A stretch of DNA of 42,417 nt from an uncultured Candidatus Saccharibacteria bacterium (GTDB lineage Bacteria; Patescibacteriota; WWE3; UBA101185; UBA10185): positions 1 through 42,417 of the forward strand of contig CAYRWK010000001.1 in NCBI GenBank assembly GCA_964427965.1, given 5' to 3'. The notes below the pieces were generated by a model. That model saw nothing but the letters and a program-made list of their open reading frames with translations, did no database searches and was not told the origin of the DNA. Shown in pieces: positions 1-9,436 of this stretch. Position numbers and translations under genes: made by a program. Position 1 is the first letter of the stretch; every line of letters starts with the position of its first letter.

Positions 1-510
1 TTATCTAGGAACGGTGATTACAGGCAGATATACTATAATGGTATGCCTATTAGATCTATTTCGCTGTCTCCTTCGCAGGAGCATGTAGGTTTTCTTTATT
101 TGCCTAATTCTCAGTCCACCGAAGAACTTTCATTAACAGTAATGGAAAGAAAGACTGGTATTGCTAAAGAGATATTTCATACACATTTTGCTTCCTGGGA
201 TGTGAGAGGTGACTTACATTGGTTAGGGGAGGATCGCCTTTTCTTTTTAAGGCATTGCGGTACTTCTTGCCGTGGAATTACTTTATTGAGTGTTAAGACA
301 GGTGAGACATCTACTGCAGTTTTAACGTACCCTTCTTTTCCAAATCAAAAAGCTGCAACTAGTTTTAAAGATTGGTCAGGAAAAGAGTATCCTATAGAGG
401 GTTTGGTGTCTAATATAGATTCTCGGATAATAGATAGCCAATCTTATATAGTTTTCGATATAGTAGACGAAAAAGGAAATCCAATGAATGATTTTCTTTT
501 AAGTTACTGA
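1..510 (+). CDS. hypothetical protein, C-terminal part (reading frame open to window start)
   Basis: The frame of the 43..510 ORF has no stop codon back to nt 1 (LSRNGDYRQIYYNG precedes the first Met). The gene is therefore probably 5'-truncated by the window. No recognisable catalytic motif. Confidence 0.5.
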   Translation, partial: LSRNGDYRQIYYNGMPIRSISLSPSQEHVGFLYLPNSQSTEELSLTVMERKTGIAKEIFHTHFASWDVRGDLHWLGEDRLFFLRHCGTSCRGITLLSVKTGETSTAVLTYPSFPNQKAATSFKDWSGKEYPIEGLVSNIDSRIIDSQSYIVFDIVDEKGNPMNDFLLSY

Positions 511-688
511 CTAACTAACCCGTAGTTTCAGTTTACGATATAAGAGAATATCGTCATACCAGCTAAACAAGTCACTCGAATATTTCTGCGCTAAAAGGGT
601 TTTTTATAAATGGTCGACTATAGCAGACGATGTTTGCAACTATTTTATCACTTCCAAGGAACTAGTTTATATACCCGATTATGCTTAA

Positions 689-707
689 GGGCGGAGATTA
701 TCCGCCC
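689..707. terminator. GC-rich hairpin between convergent gene ends (terminator-like, no clear U-tract)
   Basis: GGGCGGA-gatta-TCCGCCC is a perfect 7-bp stem. It lies 35 nt downstream of the copA stop (minus strand) and downstream of the 1..510 ORF. There is no T-run on either side, so function is uncertain. Confidence 0.3.
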
Positions 708-741
708 TCAATACAGTTACTTATGAAAGTAGCCGGGCGTT

Positions 742-3700
742 CTATTGTTTATTCACTGCGTTAACACTTAGGTAGTGGAAATTATCCAATACAGTATCTG
801 TTTTTGGTAGAATTCCTCCTACTATCGCATTTATCCCAAAGAAATTATCTAGAAGATCTCCCTCTTTTGTGAATAACTTTTCTTTAATCATCATTTCAGC
901 TTCCGTACTACCTATGTAAACAGGGTGATACGTCTTTCCGCCTATTACAACCGGGTTAAAAGCGTTATCGGAAATGGAGTTTTTTAACTTTTCAGGTACG
1001 CTTGCATCCACAAGATAAAAGAACTTCGCGCTTCCATCTGCAGCTTTGGCAGATGCAACAGATCCTACAGCTTTAAGTGTTTTATAGGTGTTGGCATTAA
1101 CTATGTGCATTTTGTCCAAGGAAGTTCCTGTAGGTGCTAGTATCCCTGCTATCTTCATTTTATCTACGCCGAAGAAATTGGCTAAGGAGTCTCCTGGTTT
1201 ACTAAAAAGATTTTCCTTTTTCATCATCATTGCCTCGTCATACCCAACAAGCATCGAATTATCTTCCAATAAGTTTGTACCTTCCTCTACTTTAAGATCT
1301 TTGATTTTATCCATGTCCAAATTAACAAAAACCTTTGGATCACCGTTGGCAAAGTTAACTTTTAAAGTTCCGGCGGCGATAGTACTATTGATTGTTTTAA
1401 CAACTGTATCTGAAACAGCGGGCTTGCTCATTGTGCTTTCTGCGGTTGCCATAGAAGAACTAAACTTTGCAAATTCAAAGAACAGAAAACTAAACAGGGC
1501 TATCATTACAATAGGAGCTAACGTAGATACCCAATTCTTCTTACCTGGTTTATATCCGCGTAAAGTTAATGAATTTGTGACTACTGATATAGAACTTAAA
1601 GCCATAGCAAGTCCTGCTAATTCCGGTCTTAATACTAAACCAACACCTGCAAAAACTCTTGCTGCAACTGGAATTCCAATAACATTGTAGAACAGAGCAA
1701 AGAACATGTTTTGCTTAATTTTTCCAACAGTTTCTTTAGAAAGATCTATAGCATTAACAACATCTCTTAAATCGTTTCTTATTATTACTATTCCACCAGC
1801 TTCCATTGCTACATCGGTTCCGGAACCCATGGCGATACCTAAATTGGCTTGTGCAAGTGCCGGGGCATCATTAATGCCATCACCTACCATTGCTACTTTT
1901 TTACCTGAATCTTGTAACTTTTTGACTTCGTTAGCCTTATCTTCCGGTAAAACTTCTGCTAGAACATTAGTAATACCTACCTGTAAGGCAATTGCTCTAG
2001 CGGTTCGTTCGTTATCACCCGTAATCATATAAACTTCTATTCCAAGCTTTTTAAGGCGATCGACGGCTTCTTTAGAGGTTTCCTTTACTGTATCTGCAAC
2101 GGCAATGGTTCCTAAAATAGCTTCTTTAGTAGCGAGAATCATTGCAGTTTTACCTTGCTCTTCCAATCTGGAAAGTTTTCGATCTATTTTATCTATGGAA
2201 AGATGCAATACATCTTGGATAAGTTTTCTGTTTCCAAAGTAATAAACAGAATCGCCAAGCGTACCTTCAACACCATGTCCCGGAATTGCTTTGAACGCAG
2301 AAACCTCACTTAAAGCAATTTGCTCATCTTGAGCATAAGTATATATTGCTTCGGCTAAGGGATGCTCGGATTGTTTTTCAAGACTTGCAGCAACTTGTAA
2401 TACCTCATCCTCATCTAGTAAACCAAAACTAAGTGTGTCGGTTACTTCAGGTTTTCCTTTAGTAATAGTTCCAGTTTTATCGAAAACAATTGCATTGATT
2501 TTAACGGCAGCTTCTAAAGGTTCCCCTCCTTTAACAAGAATTCCATTTTCAGCACCTTTACCAGTTCCAACCATAATAGATGTGGGTGTAGCTAAACCAA
2601 GTGCGCATGGGCATGCGATAACAATAACCGATGTAAATGCCATAAGAGCAAATGACAGTGGAGCGTTAAGTAAGAAGAACCACGTGATAAATGTAATCGC
2701 AGCCAATACTAATACTGTTGGTACAAATATAGCTGATATTCTGTCCGCGACAGCTTGAATCGGGGCTTTAGATCCTTGTGCAGTTTCAACAAGTCGAATA
2801 ATTTGGGATAAAGTTGTTTCGGATCCAACACGTGTGGCTTTAAATTCAAAGCTCCCAGTTTTGTTTATAGTTCCTCCTACAACGGTATCACCTTCGTGCT
2901 TTTCACATGGTAAACTTTCACCTGTGATCATAGATTCATCAACGGCTGAGGAACCTCTTATAATTTCTCCATCAACAGGAACCTTTTCACCGGGTCTAAC
3001 AACTACTACATCTCCATTTACAACTTGATCAACAGGAATATCCTGTGTGTTGCCGTTTCTAACAACTCGAGCTGTTTTTGCCTGTAAACCCATAAGTTTT
3101 TTAATAGCATCAGATGTTCTACCTTTAGCTTTTGCTTCTAACCATTTACCTAAAACAACAAATGTAATTAAGAAAGCTGCAGTTTCAAAGTAAAGCTCAG
3201 GTATTTTTACCCCACCAATCCCAATAATGGATTTTGTCGCAATGTAATAAGTAATGAAGTTAATTACACTATAAAAGAAGGCAACCGATGTTCCGATGGC
3301 AATTAAACTATCCATGTTAAAGGTTCTCATTCTAAGTGCTGCCCACATTCCTTTATAGAAACCCCTACCTATTATGAATTGAACTGGAATAGTAAGTACT
3401 AAAGAAATTATTCCGACATAAGGAAGTAATAGTGCGCGACCAGGGAAACTTGCAAAGAAATCAAAGAGCATGAAGTAAAGCATTGGAACACTAAGTACCA
3501 AACTAACTAGGAACTTGTTAAACATACCTTTGATTTGATCCTGCTGTTTGGTTTTATCCTCTTCTGATTGTATAGCCTTTGTTAACGAGGCTTTGTATCC
3601 GGCTCTTTCTACAGCTTTAATCAATGTATCTTTCTCCGCAATGGATTCGTCAACAAGTACACTTGCCTTTTCAGCTGCAAAATTTACATTGGCTTCTTTA

Positions 3701-4242
3701 ACTCCATTTACTTTTCTAATTGATTTTTCAATAATTGCAGCACAAGAGGAACAGTGCATGCCTTCAATATCAAGGGATACCCTGTTTATACCTTTGGGTT
3801 GAGTTGCTAGAGATGCAGCATTAGTGGGAGTGCTTGTTGCCTGTAAAGGACTTGTGTCCATTTTTTTATACTCTACGGGTTTTGGACTTTCTATATGATT
3901 ATTAAACACACCTGAAAGATTAAGTGCTTTCAAGTCTCTTTCTGAACCCTCAAGCTCGATTCTTTGTTCCAAAACAATTTTTACAGATCCGCCATTATCA
4001 CTATTAGGGATTTGCATTTCCTTTAATTCGTTAGCAACCGCTTTATAGCCTGCTTTTTCCACTGCCATTAAGAGATCATTTACGCTAGTAGTATCCGTTT
4101 CAAGGAGTACAGTACCTTCACCCAACTTGGCATCCACTTTTATATCACTAACACCTCTCACATCACCCAATTCATCTTTAATTAGTGTTTCACATGATGT
4201 GCAGTGCATCCCTTCAATTTTGAGTTTAACTAATTTTTGCAT
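742..4242 (-). CDS. copA: copper-translocating P1B-1-type ATPase (CopA-like) with two N-terminal HMA domains and a ~264-aa C-terminal extension
   Basis: 1166-aa ORF. Motifs: [11 protein letters not shown] and GMHCSSCA, actuator ITGESLP, TM motif [11 protein letters not shown] (CPC), phosphorylation site DKTGTIT, hinge GDGINDAP, and TM motifs YNVIGIP and MALSS typical of Cu(I) pumps. A GGAG RBS lies inside the end of the upstream copZ-like gene. Confidence 0.9.
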   Translation of the reverse strand: MQKLVKLKIEGMHCTSCETLIKDELGDVRGVSDIKVDAKLGEGTVLLETDTTSVNDLLMAVEKAGYKAVANELKEMQIPNSDNGGSVKIVLEQRIELEGSERDLKALNLSGVFNNHIESPKPVEYKKMDTSPLQATSTPTNAASLATQPKGINRVSLDIEGMHCSSCAAIIEKSIRKVNGVKEANVNFAAEKASVLVDESIAEKDTLIKAVERAGYKASLTKAIQSEEDKTKQQDQIKGMFNKFLVSLVLSVPMLYFMLFDFFASFPGRALLLPYVGIISLVLTIPVQFIIGRGFYKGMWAALRMRTFNMDSLIAIGTSVAFFYSVINFITYYIATKSIIGIGGVKIPELYFETAAFLITFVVLGKWLEAKAKGRTSDAIKKLMGLQAKTARVVRNGNTQDIPVDQVVNGDVVVVRPGEKVPVDGEIIRGSSAVDESMITGESLPCEKHEGDTVVGGTINKTGSFEFKATRVGSETTLSQIIRLVETAQGSKAPIQAVADRISAIFVPTVLVLAAITFITWFFLLNAPLSFALMAFTSVIVIACPCALGLATPTSIMVGTGKGAENGILVKGGEPLEAAVKINAIVFDKTGTITKGKPEVTDTLSFGLLDEDEVLQVAASLEKQSEHPLAEAIYTYAQDEQIALSEVSAFKAIPGHGVEGTLGDSVYYFGNRKLIQDVLHLSIDKIDRKLSRLEEQGKTAMILATKEAILGTIAVADTVKETSKEAVDRLKKLGIEVYMITGDNERTARAIALQVGITNVLAEVLPEDKANEVKKLQDSGKKVAMVGDGINDAPALAQANLGIAMGSGTDVAMEAGGIVIIRNDLRDVVNAIDLSKETVGKIKQNMFFALFYNVIGIPVAARVFAGVGLVLRPELAGLAMALSSISVVTNSLTLRGYKPGKKNWVSTLAPIVMIALFSFLFFEFAKFSSSMATAESTMSKPAVSDTVVKTINSTIAAGTLKVNFANGDPKVFVNLDMDKIKDLKVEEGTNLLEDNSMLVGYDEAMMMKKENLFSKPGDSLANFFGVDKMKIAGILAPTGTSLDKMHIVNANTYKTLKAVGSVASAKAADGSAKFFYLVDASVPEKLKNSISDNAFNPVVIGGKTYHPVYIGSTEAEMMIKEKLFTKEGDLLDNFFGINAIVGGILPKTDTVLDNFHYLSVNAVNKQ

Positions 4243-4243
4243 A

Positions 4244-4459
4244 TCAGATCTCCATAAAGGCAGTAACTTTATACTCTGTGTCTTTTAAGACTTCTTCAAT
4301 TTCTGATCGGAGTATTATGCGATTAGCTTGGATCTGTGCTACTTGTTGTGGTAGATCAACATTTACAGAAGTAACACCTTCCAACTTTCCGATTCTTTTC
4401 TCTGAAATTTTCTTACACGCTTCGCAATGTAAACCTTGTAGTTGTATTTTGTAGTTCAT
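4244..4459 (-). CDS. copZ: HMA-domain copper chaperone (CopZ-like)
   Basis: 71-aa ORF with a GLHCEACKK metal-binding CxxC loop at the N-terminus. GGAGGA RBS. Its stop is 1 nt from the copA start. Confidence 0.8.
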   Translation of the reverse strand: MNYKIQLQGLHCEACKKISEKRIGKLEGVTSVNVDLPQQVAQIQANRIILRSEIEEVLKDTEYKVTAFMEI

Positions 4460-4473
4460 ATAAATTCCTCCAA

Positions 4474-6378
4474 TTAATTAACTGTTATTGTTCCTCTTGG
4501 AACTCCCATCGCGCAAGTGATTTTATAAGTACCTGTTTGAGTTGGGGTAAAATTAAATACTGCTGTTTGACCTTGTTGGAAAGGATAATAATCTTGAGCT
4601 AATCCAGGTAAAGCAACACTTCCCATGCACCCTGCGCCATTGTCATTGGCAAGGATCTCAAACCGTACAGGAACATTGGCTTTAACAGTAAAGTTATTTG
4701 GTTGTATATCATTTGCAACTGAATAGGTAGCTTTAATCAGCTGAATCTGAGTGTTCGTATTGTCGGTAGAAGGTACATTTTGGGCTGGTACATTAGCGGA
4801 TGGTTTAATGTTTTTTGCACCACCTCCACATCCACAACCACCTCCAGAACCGCCACAGCTTCCTCCTGCACTTGGTGCAGGATTATTTGCAACAGGAGCT
4901 GCTGCGTAGGTATTACCTTTAGTATTTGTATTAGAGTTGGACCCGACAGCCGATCCGTCAACTACATTAAATGAGCCTGTATACATTCCCATGCTACACG
5001 AGAATCTAATATTACCAGCGTCTGAAGGAGTGAATTCAATTACATTTTCACCTAAGCTTAAATATTTTCTTATACCAAGTTGTGAAGAAAATATACTTGC
5101 AGCACAGGTATTAGCATCGGTTGAAGTTATCACCCATTTAACAGGAACACCCTTTTTGATAGTAAAAGATCTGGGAGAGTATCCGTTATAATTTTGGGTC
5201 ATCTTAACAATCTGTACTCCGTTTTCTAATGTTACATTTGGATCAGCGACTGTATTATTTGAATTGGCTGAAACACTGCTTAATGCTCCAAAATCAGGAA
5301 GACGGATACCTGTAAGATTTAACCCGTTTGAAATATTAAATAATGAAAGTGCAATAACCATTAATCCAACAAATTTAAAGAACGGTTTAGCAAAAGCGCC
5401 TTTAATTAGAGAAGTTAAACCTCCTACGCCAAGTAATCCCGGTGCTGTTCCAAGAGCAAAAACTCCCATAGTCAAAGCACCTGTAACTGGACTGCCACTG
5501 GATATAGCGAATAACTGCATAGCTTGTGTGAATCCGCATGGTAAAAAGAATGTCATTCCGCCAAGTAAGAACGATCCACGGTTGCTGTATTCATTTTGTT
5601 TCTGGGTATCTATTCCTACAAGTTTATATAATCCTTTTGGAAGTGTGAATTTAACTCTTTCTAACCTTGGGAAAATACCGACAGTTTGTAAACCAAGTAG
5701 CAACATTACTCCACCAACAGCTATTGTTAGCAAACCGATTGATGACGGACCTAATTGTAAAAATGAACCGAAGTATCCGATTAATGCACCAAATACAGTG
5801 AAGAAAAAGATTCTACCTAAGTTAAATATGACATGTGGTTTGAATTTTTGTAGTGATGTGGCATTAGGGTGTTTTTCTGAAAATCTTGCTGAAACTCCCA
5901 AAACTAATCCGCCAACTAATGCCATACATGTTGAAAGACCTGCTGTAAGACCAACTAGTAACACTACGGGAAGACTTGCCAAATTGTTTGAGGATCCAAA
6001 AGCAATGTTAAAGAAACCCAATCCTTTTGCGACAAAATAGATTATAGCTAAGGCAATTCCTGCTTTTATTAAGTCGTCATAATCTCTCGGGTTTTTTGAA
6101 ATCCAGCTTTTGTTATCTTTTCCTAAACTGTATCCACAGTCACATACGGCGGTTTCAATGTGTGCATCGGGTAGTTCACCCTCGTAGTATATTTCCGCGA
6201 TACCCCTTTTCTCGCTTACATTAACTTTATTTACACCGTCAATTTTTAGAAGTTCTTCTTCTATTAATATTTCGCAGGAACGGCAATGCATTCCCTTTAT
6301 AGGTACTACCTTTTTCTTCTGTCCACCTATATTGGCAGAAGTGTTATTTGTTTCATTAAATTTATTAGTTTTGGACAT
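4474..6378 (-). CDS. HMA domain / DsbD_2 (TauE/CcdA-like) membrane domain / two cupredoxin-like domains fusion protein
   Basis: N-terminal GMHCRSCE HMA motif. Polytopic core with LSTCMALVGG and FFLPCGFTQAM motifs, recalled as typical of DsbD_2-type proteins. Two C-terminal beta-rich modules each end in a Cys/Met motif (FSCSMGMYTG and ITCAMGVPRG). They are separated by a Gly/Cys linker, GGSCGGSGGGCGCGGG. Confidence 0.65.
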   Translation of the reverse strand: MSKTNKFNETNNTSANIGGQKKKVVPIKGMHCRSCEILIEEELLKIDGVNKVNVSEKRGIAEIYYEGELPDAHIETAVCDCGYSLGKDNKSWISKNPRDYDDLIKAGIALAIIYFVAKGLGFFNIAFGSSNNLASLPVVLLVGLTAGLSTCMALVGGLVLGVSARFSEKHPNATSLQKFKPHVIFNLGRIFFFTVFGALIGYFGSFLQLGPSSIGLLTIAVGGVMLLLGLQTVGIFPRLERVKFTLPKGLYKLVGIDTQKQNEYSNRGSFLLGGMTFFLPCGFTQAMQLFAISSGSPVTGALTMGVFALGTAPGLLGVGGLTSLIKGAFAKPFFKFVGLMVIALSLFNISNGLNLTGIRLPDFGALSSVSANSNNTVADPNVTLENGVQIVKMTQNYNGYSPRSFTIKKGVPVKWVITSTDANTCAASIFSSQLGIRKYLSLGENVIEFTPSDAGNIRFSCSMGMYTGSFNVVDGSAVGSNSNTNTKGNTYAAAPVANNPAPSAGGSCGGSGGGCGCGGGAKNIKPSANVPAQNVPSTDNTNTQIQLIKATYSVANDIQPNNFTVKANVPVRFEILANDNGAGCMGSVALPGLAQDYYPFQQGQTAVFNFTPTQTGTYKITCAMGVPRGTITVN

Positions 6379-6401
6379 GTAGATAATGATACCTAGCTAC
6401 C

Positions 6402-6420
6402 TATGAGAAACTTATGAAGA
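6402..6420 (-). promoter_or_regulatory. candidate response-regulator box (direct repeat, 11-bp period) upstream of the 4474..6378 operon
   Basis: The minus strand reads TCTTCATAA-GTT-TCTCATA, 24 nt upstream of the ATG at 6378. The same 19-mer frame (TCTTCATAA-NNN-TCTCATA) recurs at 7344..7362. Confidence 0.4.
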
Positions 6421-6442
6421 TAGTTTATTGACTCTAGGAACG

Positions 6443-6474
6443 AAAAAGGCCGGATTTTATTCCGACCTTTTTTT
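6443..6474 (-). terminator. rho-independent terminator after the dsbA-like gene (bidirectional shape)
   Basis: AAAAA-GGCCGGA-tttta-TTCCGACC-TTTTTTT. The stem has one mismatch and is flanked by an A-run and a T-run. It lies 23 nt downstream of the stop at 6497 on the minus strand. Confidence 0.6.
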
Positions 6475-6496
6475 ATCTGTAACAAGCCTAAAAGTA

Positions 6497-7306
6497 TTAC
6501 TGTTTTAACATCGCGTCGATTGCCTGTTTGATAGTGTCAAATGGAACAGCTCCCGGGATCTCTACAGTTTTACCTGTCTTTGTATCCAGTAAAAAGTTAC
6601 CTGGTGTTCCATTTACGCCAGAGTTAACTCCTGACTGTTCCTGAGCATCTACTTTATCCGCCATTTCCCCAGAATCAAGACAAGTGGTAAACGCTGTCTT
6701 ATCTAGACCAATTTGTGAAGCTAGATCCGGAAGCGTAGTTAAATCAAGCCCATTGTTTGAAGGCGTTACTTCAAATATTTTGTCAGTCATTTTCCAGAAT
6801 CCAGCATTACCGCCTAGTTTAGCTGCGCATTCGGTAGCCTCCGCCTCTTTTTTAGCTTGTGAGTGTAGCTGTGTCAAAGGAAACTGTCTATAAACCCATA
6901 CAACCTGATCTTTATAAGTATCTACTACTTGTTGTGCTGTAGGGTGAAATCTTTTACAAAAAGGACACTCTAAGTCCGAATACTCTATAAGAGCGATACG
7001 CGCGTTTTTATTTCCTCTTATATGATCTGTGGTACTTACAGGATCAACTTTTACATCCTTTGCTACTGCAGGCGCAGCACTTGGGTTATTTGAAGGTGAC
7101 GGATTGCTTGGTGGATTAGCAGCAACAACAGCTTTCTGTCCAAGCGTGTTACCTTGACCGTTCCCGATACCAAGTTGTTTTTCGTAAATGCTTACTTTAG
7201 AAGTAAGAACACCTAAATAAAATGAACCTGCTACTAAACCAATTACAACCGCAAAAGGGACGTACTTGTTTAAAATATTCCAACTTTCTACTTTTTCTTC
7301 ATTCAT
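6497..7306 (-). CDS. membrane-anchored DsbA-family thiol:disulfide oxidoreductase
   Basis: 269-aa ORF with an N-terminal TM anchor, a Pro/Ser/Asn linker and a thioredoxin-fold active site (YSDLECPFCKRFHP). AGGAGG RBS. Confidence 0.8.
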   Translation of the reverse strand: MNEEKVESWNILNKYVPFAVVIGLVAGSFYLGVLTSKVSIYEKQLGIGNGQGNTLGQKAVVAANPPSNPSPSNNPSAAPAVAKDVKVDPVSTTDHIRGNKNARIALIEYSDLECPFCKRFHPTAQQVVDTYKDQVVWVYRQFPLTQLHSQAKKEAEATECAAKLGGNAGFWKMTDKIFEVTPSNNGLDLTTLPDLASQIGLDKTAFTTCLDSGEMADKVDAQEQSGVNSGVNGTPGNFLLDTKTGKTVEIPGAVPFDTIKQAIDAMLKQ

Positions 7307-7343
7307 ATTAAAATCCTCCTAAAATTAATATTGACAGATCAGT

Positions 7344-7362
7344 TATGAGATTTTTATGAAGA
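7344..7362 (-). promoter_or_regulatory. candidate response-regulator box upstream of the dsbA-like gene
   Basis: The minus strand reads TCTTCATAA-AAA-TCTCATA, 38 nt upstream of the ATG at 7306 and immediately after the stop of the preceding gene. It is near-identical to the box at 6402..6420. Confidence 0.4.
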
Positions 7363-7836
7363 TTAACCACAACACTCCTTAAGTTTTTCCATCAATGACT
7401 TTGATTGCGAGTTGGTATGGGAATTATTTACTGGCGTCATGGATAATATGCCCACATATATTAGCGGTACGATTAGCAGCAGACCAATTATTTCTGATAC
7501 AAATCCATAAGTTAAAACTGTAAAAGTACCATATAGAATAGTTCCAAACTTTAGTATTGGTTGAGCTATTTTGATATTGTTGATCATGGAAAATTCGTCT
7601 GAAAGATTGGCAATTCCAACTGCGCTTTGTGCTATTAACACGGAGATTATATACTTATTCACATCATATAATCCAAAGTATTTCAGGATTAGTAATGTTA
7701 GCCAGGTAAAACTCACACTGTAGCACACCACGCAAACCCGACGCCCAATTATTTTTGAAAACGGTATACCAACTTTATAAAAAATAATAAAGTAACCGAG
7801 CATTAATAAAAGCGTTAATAATATTTGGGCAATCAT
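7363..7836 (-). CDS. small polytopic membrane protein with intramembrane CVVC motif and C-terminal CCG (possible DsbB/VKOR-like partner, speculative)
   Basis: Hydrophobic ORF with about 4-5 predicted TM helices, RRVCVVCYS at a helix start, and a C-terminus of KECCG. The likely start is the ATG at 7834..7836, which overlaps the upstream stop as TAATG, rather than the 7857 start in the track. Confidence 0.45.
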   Translation of the reverse strand: MIAQILLTLLLMLGYFIIFYKVGIPFSKIIGRRVCVVCYSVSFTWLTLLILKYFGLYDVNKYIISVLIAQSAVGIANLSDEFSMINNIKIAQPILKFGTILYGTFTVLTYGFVSEIIGLLLIVPLIYVGILSMTPVNNSHTNSQSKSLMEKLKECCG

Positions 7837-9032
7837 TACAAATACATCCTTATCCAAAAATAAACACTTATAGCTATGGCAACCATTAAGATTCCCGTAA
7901 TAAGGTGCAACTTTCGTGAATTTCTATGTTCCATGTCCTCTACTTTTTCTAACAAATTCCTATTGGTTGCTATAAAAACTACGATTATTAGTGGCAAAAC
8001 GAACACAATGTTATAAAGCATTAAATAAATTATAAATTTTATAGATGCAGTTGCAGCCAGAGTTGAAATTATCACTGTGTATATACCTCCGGTGCATGGA
8101 AACGCGCACATACCTACAAGGGCACCTACAATAAAAGCTGAGGGTATACTGGCTTTTTCCATAAATGATTGGATAGCTCCTTTCGTAAAGTCCGGTATTT
8201 TTAGGTGAATGGGAAGCTTAGGAAAAAAGTAATCTTTAATATTGATTAATCCTAAGAAAAGCAAAAGCACTGTCGCAATCTTTGCTACAAAGAATGGTTC
8301 TGAAGATAAGGAAATCGCTCGTAACAAACCTAAACCAATCAAGAAGTAGACTAGAAATACTCCTATTATGTAGCTGAAACCCATTAATATAATTGTTCGT
8401 TTGCCCTTTTTTATTGAGTAAAGAAAAGTTAACAAAAGCAATAAAACTGCGATAGCGCATGGGTGTAAGCTGTTACTAACTGCTCCTACAATTACAGGGA
8501 TTAAAATATTGTTTGATTGCGAATTTTGCAATACGCGGGGCTCTTTATTTTTTATGTAGGCCAATATATCGTCAGATGTGGTTAGTTTGTCAGTAGAATA
8601 TCCTGAAATGTATATTTGGTAGTCAGTAGCATCTGAGTGCATTTTGGGTTGAAATAAAACAATTAAATTGTGTTTAGGCAGCTCTTTGTAATTCTTAAGT
8701 AGTGTTTCAACCACTTTTTGAGGAACATGCCCTTCAATTACCAAGTTTTGTTTTAGGAAAAAAGTTAAGCTGTCTTGGACACTATATGGTATTTGGTATT
8801 TCTTATTTAAAGTGTTGAGTTCTTTTCTATATGATGGCTTATTGATGTAATCTTTAAGCACAGGATTAATATCGTATTTTGATAACAACGGTGTAATTTC
8901 TTTTATATACGTTACACAATCGGTGCACGCATCATTAAAAAACACGGCAACAGATTCCTGTGCGTACGCGTTATTGCTAAGTGATAGAGACAAAAATGCA
9001 ATTGTAATAAACGTAAATAGTAGCTTCTTCAT
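7836..9032 (-). CDS. secreted DUF411/CopG-like domain fused to a CcdA/DsbD-type thiol-transfer membrane domain
   Basis: Signal peptide. The N-terminal domain has a CTDC motif and VIEGHVPQKVVETLL, which resembles the EGHVP signature I recall for DUF411/CopG copper proteins. The membrane core has the LHPCA and AFPCTGG motifs typical of CcdA/DsbD. Confidence 0.6.
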   Translation of the reverse strand: MKKLLFTFITIAFLSLSLSNNAYAQESVAVFFNDACTDCVTYIKEITPLLSKYDINPVLKDYINKPSYRKELNTLNKKYQIPYSVQDSLTFFLKQNLVIEGHVPQKVVETLLKNYKELPKHNLIVLFQPKMHSDATDYQIYISGYSTDKLTTSDDILAYIKNKEPRVLQNSQSNNILIPVIVGAVSNSLHPCAIAVLLLLLTFLYSIKKGKRTIILMGFSYIIGVFLVYFLIGLGLLRAISLSSEPFFVAKIATVLLLFLGLINIKDYFFPKLPIHLKIPDFTKGAIQSFMEKASIPSAFIVGALVGMCAFPCTGGIYTVIISTLAATASIKFIIYLMLYNIVFVLPLIIVVFIATNRNLLEKVEDMEHRNSRKLHLITGILMVAIAISVYFWIRMYL

Positions 9033-9436
9033 AGGATACTTCCTTTCATTTCCACCTTATATTCATTTTCTGTTGGTTTAGAAGTTAATATGTAGATTTC
9101 ATGATAAACACTATCACCGCGCTTGTGCATGCCAGATGGGTCAAACTGGATTCTTATATCTTTAGATTCATTAGGACTAAGAGAAAATCCTCCAGTTGGT
9201 TCTAAAACCGTAGTACAACCACACGAAGTATACACACGAGGAATTTCCACTACCGAGTTACCGGAATTTTTGACAGTAACAGTGAAGATAGGCTTGTCAG
9301 TAAGGTTAATACTTTTAAGATCAATTTCTTTCGGTAATTCTAGAGGTAAAGATGTTTTTGAGCGATAAAGTATTAGGCCGAAGGCAAGTACCATCACTCC
9401 TACAAAAAGAAATAAGTATAACTTCTTGTTTTTCAT
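9029..9436 (-). CDS. DUF1573-domain protein (membrane anchored)
   Basis: 135 aa with an N-terminal TM helix. The Ig-like domain has the hallmark VKNSGNS...YTSCGCT motif recalled for DUF1573. ATGA overlaps with both neighbouring genes. Confidence 0.65.
   Translation of the reverse strand: MKNKKLYLFLFVGVMVLAFGLILYRSKTSLPLELPKEIDLKSINLTDKPIFTVTVKNSGNSVVEIPRVYTSCGCTTVLEPTGGFSLSPNESKDIRIQFDPSGMHKRGDSVYHEIYILTSKPTENEYKVEMKGSIL

Noticed and set aside
535-554. Small hairpins: ACGATAT-aagaga-ATATCGT after the first ORF (535..554) and GGGGAG...CTCCCC (about 21324..21350) before the primase gene.
   Set aside because: These are short stems without U-tracts or conservation evidence. Structures like this arise by chance, so they are not called as terminators or regulatory RNAs.
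1088-3802. Plus-strand ORFs of 64-200 aa inside copA (1088..1690, 1706..2032, 2435..2758, 2834..3028, 3548..3802).
   Set aside because: They are antisense to a motif-rich 1166-aa P-type ATPase ORF. Their Ser/Thr/Pro/Ile-rich, low-information translations are typical of shadow frames, and they have no RBS or motifs.
4737-6040. ORFs overlapping the HMA/DsbD_2/cupredoxin gene (4737..4961 -, 4780..4974 +, 4937..5191 +, 5264..6040 +).
   Set aside because: These are shadow or alternative-frame ORFs within a long coding region that carries clear domain motifs. One is just the low-complexity Gly/Cys linker read in another frame.
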